A stretch of 64,000 bases of DNA from Bacteroidota bacterium (GTDB lineage: Bacteria; Bacteroidota; Ignavibacteria; UBA10030), in assembly GCA_035390885.1 (NCBI GenBank), contig DAOOUW010000005.1:1913-65912 (forward strand). Direction: 5' to 3'. The first letter of the stretch is position 1. Each line of letters begins with the position of its first letter. Under the pieces are notes generated by a model. It was not told the origin of the DNA and did not search any database. It worked only from the letters and a program-made list of their open reading frames with translations. The translations under genes and the position numbers were made by a program. Positions 19,337-28,527 of this stretch are shown here, one piece after another.

Positions 19337-20521
19337 ATGATTACAACAAACATTGACCAAATTACTGAAGAGGATTTGCAAGCCTTAATAAATAATGCGA
19401 TCTCAGAGGGGAAGACCATAGAATACAAACAATCTTTACCAGGAAATTCAGATGCAGATAAAAAAGAATTCGTTGCTGATATTTCGTCTTTTGCAAATGC
19501 CAGTGGTGGTGACCTGATATTTGGTATCCTTGAAGATAGGGACACAGGATTGCCTGTAACATTAGAGGGTTTAACAATTGCGAATGTTGACCAGGAAATT
19601 ATCAGATTGGACAGCATAATACGAGATGGAATTGAACCACGAATTATAGGAATAGTCATTAAACCGGTTAAGTTATCGAATTCAAAAACAGCTATAGTAA
19701 TTAGAGTGCCTAAGAGTTGGATTAGCCCTCATCGTGTCTCTTTCAAAGGTCACGATAAATTTTACTCCAGAAGCACTAATGGGAAATATCCGATGGATGT
19801 TGCCGAATTGAGAATAGCGTTTAATTTGTCGGAAACGGTAACGGAAAGGATTAGAAAGTTTAGAGAAGATAGAATATCAAAGATTTATGCCAATGAAACT
19901 CCAGTGCCATTTAATGACACTGCCAAAATAGTTCTACATTTAATACCTATTATTTCGTTTCATCCTGGACAAAGTTATGAAATAAATAAAATAGCCCTTC
20001 ATCCTGAACAAATGCGTCCAATACTTTACCCCATATTTGTTCATCACAGATATAACCTTGATGGATTTTTAACTTTCGATAGTGAAGAACAAGAGAAATC
20101 AAGTTCTTATGTGCAACTCTTTAAGAATGGAATTATCGAGGCTGTAGAGGGACATTTGCTTGACCCTGCTTTTAACCAAGGAAAATTGTGGATTCCTATA
20201 AGTTCCTTCGAGAAAAGTTTGATTCAATCACTCTCCGAATATCTCTCAGTTCTTCAAACATTAAATGTTGAGTTACCAGTCTTTATCTTTATGTCCCTTC
20301 TTGGTGTTAAAGGATATTCGAAGGATGATTTTCATAGTCATTTATTAAGAAGTCCCTATCCGATTGATAGAAATGTTTTAATGCTACCGGAGATTGTTAT
20401 TGAAAGTTATGATGTTAGAGCGCAGGACGTTTTAAGACCTTGTTTTGATTCTATTTGGAATGCTTGTGGATTCCCAAGATCATTAAATTATAATGAAGCT
20501 GGAGAATGGGTAGGTAGATAA
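19337..20521 (+). CDS. AlbA_2 / Schlafen-like (formerly AAA_4) N-terminal domain protein with an uncharacterised ~230-aa C-terminal region
   Basis: ORF 19325..20521 starts at GTG; ATG 19337 is likely. The N-terminus EGKTIEYKQSLPG....KKEFVADISSFANASGGDLIFGILED..G...........IVIRVPKSW..PH...F.....FYSRSTNGKYPMDVAELRIAF fits the AlbA_2 pattern (E-x-K ... aFaN-x-GG-x-lxxGv ... fyxRxgs). Low-GC context. Confidence 0.6.
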   Translation: MITTNIDQITEEDLQALINNAISEGKTIEYKQSLPGNSDADKKEFVADISSFANASGGDLIFGILEDRDTGLPVTLEGLTIANVDQEIIRLDSIIRDGIEPRIIGIVIKPVKLSNSKTAIVIRVPKSWISPHRVSFKGHDKFYSRSTNGKYPMDVAELRIAFNLSETVTERIRKFREDRISKIYANETPVPFNDTAKIVLHLIPIISFHPGQSYEINKIALHPEQMRPILYPIFVHHRYNLDGFLTFDSEEQEKSSSYVQLFKNGIIEAVEGHLLDPAFNQGKLWIPISSFEKSLIQSLSEYLSVLQTLNVELPVFIFMSLLGVKGYSKDDFHSHLLRSPYPIDRNVLMLPEIVIESYDVRAQDVLRPCFDSIWNACGFPRSLNYNEAGEWVGR

Positions 20522-20657
20522 ATGTTCTGGAGGCAATTTACTATATGTGGTAGTCGCTTTGCATTTTTTCAAATATCGAAAACAATATGGTATGGCATTG
20601 CAATTTCAAGTTGTTTGAAATATAAGTTGTGAGTAAAAATTCTTGGTGGAGATTTTT

Positions 20658-21548
20658 ATGAAAAACGATATTTCAGATTTAGATGATAATGGTCAGCCTA
20701 ATAATCCTGCATTTAATTGGAGAAGAAATAGAAATAAAATTGCTTCAAGCCTGATAGGAATATTATCTGGACTTACCGTTGATAATGAATTAAGCGACAC
20801 CGAAATATTTTTTTTACAAAATTGGCTCGATAATCAAGATGTAAAAAGGGGAGATTTATATGATATTTATGAAGAAATAAATATCATATTACAGGATGGA
20901 ATAATTACATCAGAAGAAAGAGAAGGACTAATCTTGATGCTTAATGATTGCATTGAATATAGTCCAAGAATCATTGATACAGATTCATCTATAAATGAAT
21001 TTATAGGTTTTTTAAAAGGAATTACTGGTGATAATGAAATATCTCAGGAAGAATTTTCCAAACTAAGAGATTATTTATCAAAATATAATCACATTCTGAA
21101 CAAATGGCCGTTTGATTTATTATATCAGGCGATTAATGATATATTACACGATAATAATATTTCAAAATCAGAGTTAATGGAATTGTGTTCGTTAATTCAA
21201 CAGGTTACTGGAACAAGTTTTACAAAATATGGCGATGCTATTGGTGGGGCAACAACAATGTTTGATGCACCTGTCCCAACTTTTAGCGAGAAAAATGTTT
21301 GTCTAACAGGTCAATTTATTTCAGGTACTCGTAGTGCTATCAAAAAACAAATTGAATCGTTGGGAGCTATTCTGCAGGAAAATGTAACGCTTAAAACAGA
21401 TATACTTATTATTGGCACTTTATCAAGTCGTGATTGGATTCATACATCTACTGGAAGAAAAATTGAGAAAGCAATCGAACTGAAAAAGTCCGGTCATGAT
21501 TTGATTATTACAAATGAACGAGTTGCTTTATTGAATTCGAGCTTGTGA
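20658..21548 (+). CDS. Protein with an internally duplicated helical module (TerB-like?) and a C-terminal LigA-type BRCT domain
   Basis: ORF 20643..21548 starts at TTG; ATG 20658 has GGTGGAG upstream. Internal duplication: SLIGILSGLTVDNELSDTEIFFLQNWL...EINIILQDGIITSEEREGLILML versus EFIGFLKGITGDNEISQEEFSKLRDYL...AINDILHDNNISKSELMELCSLI. BRCT-like segment: KNVCLTGQFISGTRSAIKKQIESLGAILQENVTLKTDILIIG......GRKIEKAIELKKSGHDLIITNERVALL. Confidence 0.6.
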   Translation: MKNDISDLDDNGQPNNPAFNWRRNRNKIASSLIGILSGLTVDNELSDTEIFFLQNWLDNQDVKRGDLYDIYEEINIILQDGIITSEEREGLILMLNDCIEYSPRIIDTDSSINEFIGFLKGITGDNEISQEEFSKLRDYLSKYNHILNKWPFDLLYQAINDILHDNNISKSELMELCSLIQQVTGTSFTKYGDAIGGATTMFDAPVPTFSEKNVCLTGQFISGTRSAIKKQIESLGAILQENVTLKTDILIIGTLSSRDWIHTSTGRKIEKAIELKKSGHDLIITNERVALLNSSL

Positions 21549-21569
21549 ATTTAATGAATGGAGGCAAAT

Positions 21570-23636
21570 ATGAAACGTTTTATGTTAGCAATATTGCTTG
21601 TGTTTACGTGGGAGAGCGAAACATTTTCCCAGTGGGTTTGTGCAAGTGGCGCTGGCTCAGGAAAACACACATGCGTTGCATTGAATTCCACAAGTTTATT
21701 TGCAGGTACAGAGTTTGGCGGAGTCATCCGCTCGACGAATGCAGGCGAGAGCTGGATTCCAATGGATTATCTTCCATCACAGCTTCCGATTTACAGCATC
21801 GCCAATGATGGCGCAAGTATCTACGCTGGGAAATACGGAGGCGTTCTTTGGTCATCCAACAATGGATTGACCTGGACGGAAATCAAAGATGGCTTACCGC
21901 AATCGAAGGTTAGCGCGCTTAATATCCTCGAACCCTATATTTTTGCTGCAACACTCGATAGCGGTGTATTCAGATTACCGCTTGGCGGCGAGCGCTGGAG
22001 TTCAGTCAGTCTGGATTCTTTCCATCTCGATGTTTACTCGATGGGAGTTGCAGGTTCCTATATTTTCACGTGCATTCACGATAGTTTATTTCGTTCTAGC
22101 GATTTTGGCAGCCATTGGGATTTTTTGGCACGGATGAATATCGATTGTTTTGCTTCCGCGGGTACATTCCTATTTGCAGGGAATAGTCTTGGCGCATACC
22201 GCTCAACGGATTTCGGCTCGAGCTGGGACGAAATAACTGCTGGTCTGCCAGAAAGTTGGATTAGAGCAATTGCAGCAAATGATAGATTTCTTTTTGTTGG
22301 TACTTATAGACATGGATTGTGCGTTTCCACCGATAACGGAAATACTTGGAATCAACTTCCCGTCGCTTCGACAGATTCTGCAAACGGAATTATTGCCATA
22401 GCGGTCGGTCAAGATTCTCTTCTTGTGTCGACTGTTGCTGGTGTATTTTTTTCGAAAGATGCCGGCGCAACATGGAGCAGAGGCAATGGCAACTTGGGGA
22501 AAAAATATGTTTGGCAGTTTGCTCCAATGAATGACTATTTGTTTGCCGGTACCGATTATGGCGTTTATTGTTCGGTAGACTCGGGAAAAAACTGGTCATG
22601 CGTTGTCAGGAGCGAAAAGGTTTTCGGTGAGCGCATTGTGAATCTTTTTACTAATGGGAATTATCTTTATGCAGTAAATAACTATGCTGAAATGTTTCGT
22701 ACCGAAGACAATGGAGTGCATTGGCGCCGCATCGTGAATGCATGGACAAAATATACATGTTTTACAGTAAGCGAAGGTTCCCTTTTTGCAGGAACTGCAT
22801 TCGATGGCGTGCTGCAATCAACGAATGATGATTCAGTGTGGGTTAAGGTTAACGAGGGACTTCCAGATTTGAAGATATCCAACTTAACTTCGATAGGTTC
22901 TGTTCTTTTCGTTGCAACAGATGCAGGAATTTTCAAAACGATGAATCGAGGGGTTCGTTGGGAGCCGGTTACACAATTAGGAAGTTTACAGGCATCCATC
23001 CTGCAGGCTTCTGGATCATTTATTTTTGCAGGAAATTCAAGCGATTCGCTCTTCTTTTCCTCTGACACTGGAGTCCATTGGAAGCGCATCGAAGAGGAAT
23101 TACCAAACTTAAAAATTGAAGCTATTGCCGAGAGCGATGGAAATATTTTTGTTGCGCTTAAGAATTCTGGAATTTACTTATCATCGGATGGCGCTAATTC
23201 ATGGAACGCCGTTACTGAAGAATATACGTTGACCAACGTTTGGACTCTTGCCACTCAGAATGATCAACTCTTTGCTGGTACCGGCGGTAATGGCGTCTGG
23301 CGGCGTCCATTATCGGAGATGCTTTCGTCGGTTGAAAACAATCGAAACAATGTCCCATCGCATTTTGTACTTCGACAGAATTATCCCAATCCATTCAATC
23401 CCACAACAACCATTGAATACCAATTGCCAGAAGCATCCAAAGTAACGATGAAGGTTTATGACATACTTGGAAGAGAAGTAGCAACGTTAGTTGATGATGA
23501 AGTAAAAGCAGGTTATCACATAGCAACATTCGATGGCTCGAAGCATGCAAGTGGAATTTACTTTGTAAGAATGACAGCGCAAGGCAGTGATGCAAAACCG
23601 TATTTTAAGACAATGAAAATCGTGTTGATGAAGTAA
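21570..23636 (+). CDS. Secreted BNR/Asp-box repeat beta-propeller protein with a T9SS C-terminal domain
   Basis: ORF 21558..23636; ATG 21570 follows GGAGG. There are 11 S/T-x-D-x-G-x-x-W repeats (STNAGESW, SSNNGLTW, SSDFGSHW, STDFGSSW, STDNGNTW, SKDAGATW, SVDSGKNW, TEDNGVHW, ...). The tail is NYPNPFNPTTTIEYQLP..SGIYFVRM..IVLMK. Confidence 0.75.
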   Translation: MKRFMLAILLVFTWESETFSQWVCASGAGSGKHTCVALNSTSLFAGTEFGGVIRSTNAGESWIPMDYLPSQLPIYSIANDGASIYAGKYGGVLWSSNNGLTWTEIKDGLPQSKVSALNILEPYIFAATLDSGVFRLPLGGERWSSVSLDSFHLDVYSMGVAGSYIFTCIHDSLFRSSDFGSHWDFLARMNIDCFASAGTFLFAGNSLGAYRSTDFGSSWDEITAGLPESWIRAIAANDRFLFVGTYRHGLCVSTDNGNTWNQLPVASTDSANGIIAIAVGQDSLLVSTVAGVFFSKDAGATWSRGNGNLGKKYVWQFAPMNDYLFAGTDYGVYCSVDSGKNWSCVVRSEKVFGERIVNLFTNGNYLYAVNNYAEMFRTEDNGVHWRRIVNAWTKYTCFTVSEGSLFAGTAFDGVLQSTNDDSVWVKVNEGLPDLKISNLTSIGSVLFVATDAGIFKTMNRGVRWEPVTQLGSLQASILQASGSFIFAGNSSDSLFFSSDTGVHWKRIEEELPNLKIEAIAESDGNIFVALKNSGIYLSSDGANSWNAVTEEYTLTNVWTLATQNDQLFAGTGGNGVWRRPLSEMLSSVENNRNNVPSHFVLRQNYPNPFNPTTTIEYQLPEASKVTMKVYDILGREVATLVDDEVKAGYHIATFDGSKHASGIYFVRMTAQGSDAKPYFKTMKIVLMK

Positions 23637-23682
23637 GGATAGGTTCACGCGGATTACGCGGATTTACGCTGATAATTATAAC

Positions 23683-24090
23683 GGTGGTTTCGAGAAGGTA
23701 TCTCAGCCACCGTTTTTATTTGGTAGTTGAGAAGGCGTAAGGTATATCAAGTCAACGGTCTTTGTAAGTTTCAAACGCGTAATTTGGGTAAACTTTTGGT
23801 TCTTTTCTTTCAAGAGAAAAGAACAAATAATGATGAATTAAATATAAAGGAAAAGTAAAAGCACAAAGCAGAAAGGAAGCACCCCGTCCTTCGGACACCC
23901 CTCTAGAAGAGGGGAATAATTCCCCTTCACAGAAGGGGTGTCAACCGAAGGTTGACGGGGTAGTCTATCAAGGCGGTGGCTTCGATACGAGCTATCGCTC
24001 ACCTCAGCCACCGTCAGGGAATCGGTTACCGCGGTGCACGAAGAGCGTATCAAGGCAACGGTCTTTGCAAGTTTCTAATACAGAATTTGG
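23683..24090 (+). repeat. Composite repeat B: degenerate R1, hairpin spacer, 64-nt cassette, full R1
   Basis: Parts: degenerate R1 23683-23789; hairpin spacer; 64-nt cassette 23888-23951; full R1 23975-24090. Same order and orientation as composite A. The R1 tail ends 2 nt before the batE-like stop codon. Confidence 0.85.
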
Positions 24091-24092
24091 AT

Positions 24093-24860
24093 TTAAATCT
24101 TTTCGCACTGTGATGATTCGATCCATCCAATTTTCCCATCGGGGAGTGTAATCTTGACCCAATTTTCCACTGAGTCTGTTATTTTGACTTTTAAGCCCTC
24201 GTGAATGACGAACGCGTCGATGCTCTTTGGATCGGGAGATGATTTTGCTGTAACAGTATTAGAGGTAATAATCGCATCGTGTGCAGAGGTATCGAGCAGA
24301 GCCTGAATGCCAAAAAGCAAGCCAGAGAGAATTGTGATAACGAAGAAGGCGATAATGGCAATGCGGAAAAATTTTAGAATATCGCGTCGGCGCACAAAGT
24401 AAGCAGTGGCAAGAGATAGAAACAAAAGCGCCCAGCTGCCAAGGAAAATAACTTCAGCAGTTTGATGAGGGAGAATAGAAGCAAACGCTCGGAGCCATTG
24501 AATAAGAAATAATTCTGGTATTGGTTCGATTCGGTCGATGGTCTTAAGGTAACAGAGCTTTAAGTTATGTGTAATATCTGGATCGTTTGGACGCAAACGG
24601 GCAGCGCGCTCATAAGCGAGAATTGCACGCGATAATTGTTCAAGACGATAGTACGCATTACCAAGATTATAGTAAAGCTCTGGACTAACATAGCCAAGTG
24701 AAAGTACCTGCTCGTATGCCTTTGCCGCCGCTTCGTAATTTCCTTCTTTATAGAATGTATTTCCTTGCTCGAAAAACTCCTGCGGCGTTTGTAACGCAAA
24801 TGCATTGTGGAATCCGAATACTACCCAAATCATTCCGACAACAAGAATTCTCGTTTTCAT
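24093..24860 (-). CDS. batE: BatE-like protein (TPR repeats, TM segments, C-terminal SH3b domain)
   Basis: 255 aa. TPR: GNTFYKEGNYEAAAKAYEQVL, YYNLGNAYYRLEQLSRAILAYERA. SH3-like tail: VENWVKITLPDGKIGWIESS. A 4-nt overlap links it to the batD-like stop. Confidence 0.7.
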   Translation of the reverse strand: MKTRILVVGMIWVVFGFHNAFALQTPQEFFEQGNTFYKEGNYEAAAKAYEQVLSLGYVSPELYYNLGNAYYRLEQLSRAILAYERAARLRPNDPDITHNLKLCYLKTIDRIEPIPELFLIQWLRAFASILPHQTAEVIFLGSWALLFLSLATAYFVRRRDILKFFRIAIIAFFVITILSGLLFGIQALLDTSAHDAIITSNTVTAKSSPDPKSIDAFVIHEGLKVKITDSVENWVKITLPDGKIGWIESSQCEKI

Positions 24861-26716
24861 ACCGCTGTTCTCCGATTTTTATGTAGCGTCTTTTTATTGA
24901 AAGAGGATTCGATGCTTTGAATGACCTCCGTTGCCATATCGAGCAATTCGCGTCGTGCGGTTTGCGAATCAGCTTGAGGCGCATATCGTGCAAATTGTGC
25001 GCGTTCCATACAGGTTTGTAACTTATGGAGAGTCGGTTGAGGAATGTTATGCTTGCGAAGTAATTCGAGAGTGCGTTCGAGCGAGAACTCAGATTTTGTG
25101 ATCTGGAGTTTATGGATAAGATATTCTGTCAAGGCGTTGAGTATTTCTGCATTATAGCTTTCGGCGTTTCCTTGTTCAAAAAGGCTACGCGCTTTTTTCA
25201 ATCGGCGAGTGGCTTCACGTCCTGCTGTTTCGAAGAGTAATTTTGGTAGATCGCCGTACAATTTTTCCCGTCTCTTCTGATAAGTCCATGCTCCAACAAA
25301 AAGGATTGGCGGTACGAAGAGAAGTGTAAGAAATATGAATGGCGATTCTTTTTCATCCTTACGCTGGAAAGAAGTTGATTCGAGTTTAATGTATCGAATA
25401 TCTTCTCCAAGTAATCGAACGGTTTCTTTATCCGTCGTTGCCGATCCTGACGATGCAAATGATTTTCCCTGCCGTATTGTTATATGGAACGGCGGCGATG
25501 TTTGGGTAACAAACTCGTTTTGATCCAGATCGAAGTAAATGAATTTCATCGACTCGATTGTGCGCTGACCGGCATTACGCGGAATAAGAAGATACTCAGC
25601 TGATTTTTTTCCACGGATAACGTCGCCATCTCGTGAAATTGATTCGGAGAGTTTTGGCTCATACGATTCAATATCAGCGGGAAGTTGCGGCTTTGGAAGC
25701 GTAACGAGTTTTATATTTCCTGTTCCACTCACTGTAATACGCAATGTAATAGCATCGCCTGCAGCAACGTTGTTCTTATCGATCGAAGCTTGAAAAGAGT
25801 AACGCCCAATTCCGCCGGAGAAGCCCGATGGAGTATTTACCGGAAGAGGATCGATGGTAACGGCAAGTGCATTCGATTTAATATCTATTGGAACTGTCTG
25901 TACTTGCTGGAAGAACGGATCGCTGAAGAATGCATCGAAGGGGTCGTTCGAACGTCGTTTACTCTGGAGTTGAACGGCGCATCGAACTTCCAATGGTGCA
26001 ATTTTAAGTTTCCCTGCTTGTGTTGCAAAGAGAGCTGTTTTCTTTATTGTGGCAACGCGATATTGTTTTCCATTAACGGTCTCGTTTGTAATAACGGGTT
26101 GCTTCGGCATATCAAAGTCTTCGCTCCAGAATCCTTCGTACGTCGGAGCTTTCACCAGATCATATCCAGAAATTGAAACTCGGAAATACAATTTATAGGT
26201 GAGTGTAATTTGCTCGCCGACATGCGCTCGAGATTTATTAACATAAGCTTTGATGAAGAGGTTGTCGCCAATATCGATGGAAGAATTATCAGAAGAAGGC
26301 TGTTGTTTTTTATTTTGTGATTGAGTTACTGTAATAGTTAATGGATCTGTGCGGAGCGTTGTGCCTCTGTACTCTATTGTTGCGGGTGGAATTGTAAATT
26401 TCCCCGCTGTGCGCGCATAGAGAGTATAGGAATATGATATTGTCGCTGAAGTCTTTCCGTTAATCCATTCCATGCTCGTCGATTTATTTGGCCCGGACAT
26501 AACGACAAATTGTTCGAACTTCGGCGGCTGGAAATTTTTTGTAGCATTTGCATCGCTTCCACTTACCGTAAAAGTAACATTGAACTGTTCGCCAACAGAA
26601 ACACTTGTAGCGGAAGCTGAAGCAGTGAAAGTTGGTTCTTCTCCATACGCTTCATTCAATCCAATCAATATACTCACATTGAGAATAAAGGCTATGAATA
26701 TATTTTTGCTCATCAT
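24857..26716 (-). CDS. batD: BatD-like oxygen-tolerance protein
   Basis: ORF 24857..26806. ATG 26716 (MMSKNIFIAFILNVSILIG, signal/TM) avoids overlap with the upstream gene. It is large and beta-rich with a late TM segment (FIFLTLLFVPPILFVGAWTY), and its operon position matches BatD. Confidence 0.65.
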   Translation of the reverse strand: MMSKNIFIAFILNVSILIGLNEAYGEEPTFTASASATSVSVGEQFNVTFTVSGSDANATKNFQPPKFEQFVVMSGPNKSTSMEWINGKTSATISYSYTLYARTAGKFTIPPATIEYRGTTLRTDPLTITVTQSQNKKQQPSSDNSSIDIGDNLFIKAYVNKSRAHVGEQITLTYKLYFRVSISGYDLVKAPTYEGFWSEDFDMPKQPVITNETVNGKQYRVATIKKTALFATQAGKLKIAPLEVRCAVQLQSKRRSNDPFDAFFSDPFFQQVQTVPIDIKSNALAVTIDPLPVNTPSGFSGGIGRYSFQASIDKNNVAAGDAITLRITVSGTGNIKLVTLPKPQLPADIESYEPKLSESISRDGDVIRGKKSAEYLLIPRNAGQRTIESMKFIYFDLDQNEFVTQTSPPFHITIRQGKSFASSGSATTDKETVRLLGEDIRYIKLESTSFQRKDEKESPFIFLTLLFVPPILFVGAWTYQKRREKLYGDLPKLLFETAGREATRRLKKARSLFEQGNAESYNAEILNALTEYLIHKLQITKSEFSLERTLELLRKHNIPQPTLHKLQTCMERAQFARYAPQADSQTARRELLDMATEVIQSIESSFNKKTLHKNRRTAV

Positions 26717-26735
26717 TGTTAAAAAATCTTTTTGG

Positions 26736-28448
26736 TTACCAATCTTTTTCAACTCGAACTCTTGCTCCTTCACGTTTCCGTAAATTCTTTTGAATTTCCT
26801 TTTCATTGTTTTTAATTGCTTCTAAAATACGTTCGGCTTCTTCCTTAGGCATCTGTTGCTTTTGCGAGAGTTGCGGTTGTTGTTGCTGTTGCTGTTGTTG
26901 TTTCTGCTGTTGATTTTGCTGTTGGTTCTGCTGGTTTTTATTCTGCTGTTGTTGATTCTGTTGCTGGTTTTTTTGCTGTTTATTCTGTTGATCATTCTTT
27001 TGTTGTTTTAACTTCTCAAGCGCCATCTGAAGATTATAGAGCGCTTCCTGATCGCCGGGACGATAGCGAAGCGACTGCTGATATGCTTTTACCGCTTCTT
27101 GATATTTATTCCCTTGATAGAGAGTATTGCCGATGTTGTACCACGCATCGGCTCGTTGATCATTAGAAGTCATCAGCTGCTCTGCCTGCGCATAGTGTTG
27201 AAGCGCTTCATCGTAGCGCTGTTCTTTGTAGTAGGCATTGCCTGCATCATAGAGCGCTGCATCGGACTTCGGATTCTTTTCTAATGCCTTTTTGTAGGCT
27301 ACTTCGGCATCTGTATATCGTTTTTCTTTGTAAGCGCGATTTCCTTCTTTAACGAGCGAACGCACCGTTTGTCCAGAAGCAGTGCAAACAAAAATGAGAA
27401 GTAGCGAAACAACTTCGGGTAAGAGTCGTTTTATCCGATTTAATAATTTGCTTCGTCGTTCTGATACCATAAGTTCAATGAGCAAAAAGAATATTGCACA
27501 AGCAAGAGGATATTGATATCGTGATTCAAATCCAGCAACTTGTTTTGTTCCAAATTCAGCTTTTTGAAGTGAATTGATTTCCTTAAAAATATCTTCAATC
27601 TCATTGCCAGCGCTTGTTGCGCGATAGTACTTTCCGCCAGTTGCTTCAGCTATTCGACGCAGAGCTGTTTCATCGAGTTTCGATAATACAATCGAACCTT
27701 TTCGATCGCGTTTATAGTCTGCACGATTTCCATTTGCATCATAGAGTGGAATTGGACCGCCTTCGAGAGTTCCCATTCCTACGGAATAAATTCGCACTCC
27801 AGCGCGCTTTGCATCCTCTGCGGTGCTCATAAAATCGCCTTCCGTATTTTCACCATCGGAAACAACAATAATTGCTTTTTGTGCAGGACTCTCCTTGATG
27901 AATGATGAAAGCGCTAACTCGATGGCTTTTCCTATTTGCGTGCCAGGGACAGGAACTGCATCAACATCTATTGCTGAAAGAAAAAGATCCGCCGCAGTAT
28001 AATCGGATGTGAGAGGAAATTGAACAAAGGCATCGCCAGCAAAAACGATTAAACCAACACGATCGCCGGATAATTTCTTGAGCAATTCAGACACATCACG
28101 CTTTGCTTTCTCGAGTCGGTTTGGACGAATGTCTTCAGCTTTCATGCTAAGCGATACGTCGAGCGTTACAAAGAGATCGATTCCCTCTCTCTTAACTTCC
28201 TCCAATCGTGTGCCGACTAAAGGATTTGCAACTGTCAAAATTAGACAGGCAAGAGTTAACAGCAGAAGCGCTTGTTTGAGGTATCGTTTCCCTTTACTAA
28301 ATTCAGGCGCAAGAAGTGGGAAGATCGTCTTGCTTACAAACGTGTTGAGCTTTTGCTGTTGCCATCGGTTGAAGAAATAAAATCCAATTGCTCCAATGGG
28401 AACAAGCAACAAGAACCATAGGTACTCAGGATGTGAAAATCGTAGCAT
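26736..28448 (-). CDS. batB: BatB-like von Willebrand factor A protein fused to a BatC-like TPR region and a Gln-rich tail
   Basis: 570 aa. VWA MIDAS: DLFVTLDVSLSM ... VSDGENTEG. TM segment at ~312-330. TPR: GNRAYKEKRYTDAEVAYKKAL, GNAYYKEQRYDEALQHY, GNTLYQGNKYQEAVKAYQQSL. The Q/N/K tract spans residues 481-532. Confidence 0.75.
   Translation of the reverse strand: MLRFSHPEYLWFLLLVPIGAIGFYFFNRWQQQKLNTFVSKTIFPLLAPEFSKGKRYLKQALLLLTLACLILTVANPLVGTRLEEVKREGIDLFVTLDVSLSMKAEDIRPNRLEKAKRDVSELLKKLSGDRVGLIVFAGDAFVQFPLTSDYTAADLFLSAIDVDAVPVPGTQIGKAIELALSSFIKESPAQKAIIVVSDGENTEGDFMSTAEDAKRAGVRIYSVGMGTLEGGPIPLYDANGNRADYKRDRKGSIVLSKLDETALRRIAEATGGKYYRATSAGNEIEDIFKEINSLQKAEFGTKQVAGFESRYQYPLACAIFFLLIELMVSERRSKLLNRIKRLLPEVVSLLLIFVCTASGQTVRSLVKEGNRAYKEKRYTDAEVAYKKALEKNPKSDAALYDAGNAYYKEQRYDEALQHYAQAEQLMTSNDQRADAWYNIGNTLYQGNKYQEAVKAYQQSLRYRPGDQEALYNLQMALEKLKQQKNDQQNKQQKNQQQNQQQQNKNQQNQQQNQQQKQQQQQQQQPQLSQKQQMPKEEAERILEAIKNNEKEIQKNLRKREGARVRVEKDW
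26853..27008 (-). repeat. Low-complexity Gln/Asn/Lys-rich coding tract (CAG/CAA-type simple repeat) inside the batB-like gene
   Basis: The plus strand reads ...gttgttgctgttgctgttgttgtttctgctgttg.... It encodes KQQKNDQQNKQQKNQQQNQQQQNKNQQNQQQNQQQKQQQQQQQQPQLSQKQQ. Confidence 0.85.
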
Positions 28449-28527
28449 AGCGTTCTTTCACCTATGATTTTTTATTCTTACAAAATTTTTTGTAGAAAGA
28501 ATTTCCATCGAATATATTCTTCGTTTG

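Noticed and set aside
18950-21550. Integrase, transposase, tRNA-adjacent att site or direct-repeat ends for the low-GC island
   Set aside because: I looked for recombinase-like ORFs and flanking short direct repeats and found none. The island cannot be called a mobile element on this evidence, only compositionally atypical.
21545-21808. 87-aa ORF overlapping the start of the BNR-repeat gene
   Set aside because: It is an alternative frame of the well-supported BNR/T9SS protein gene. It has no motifs and a Cys/Arg-rich composition.
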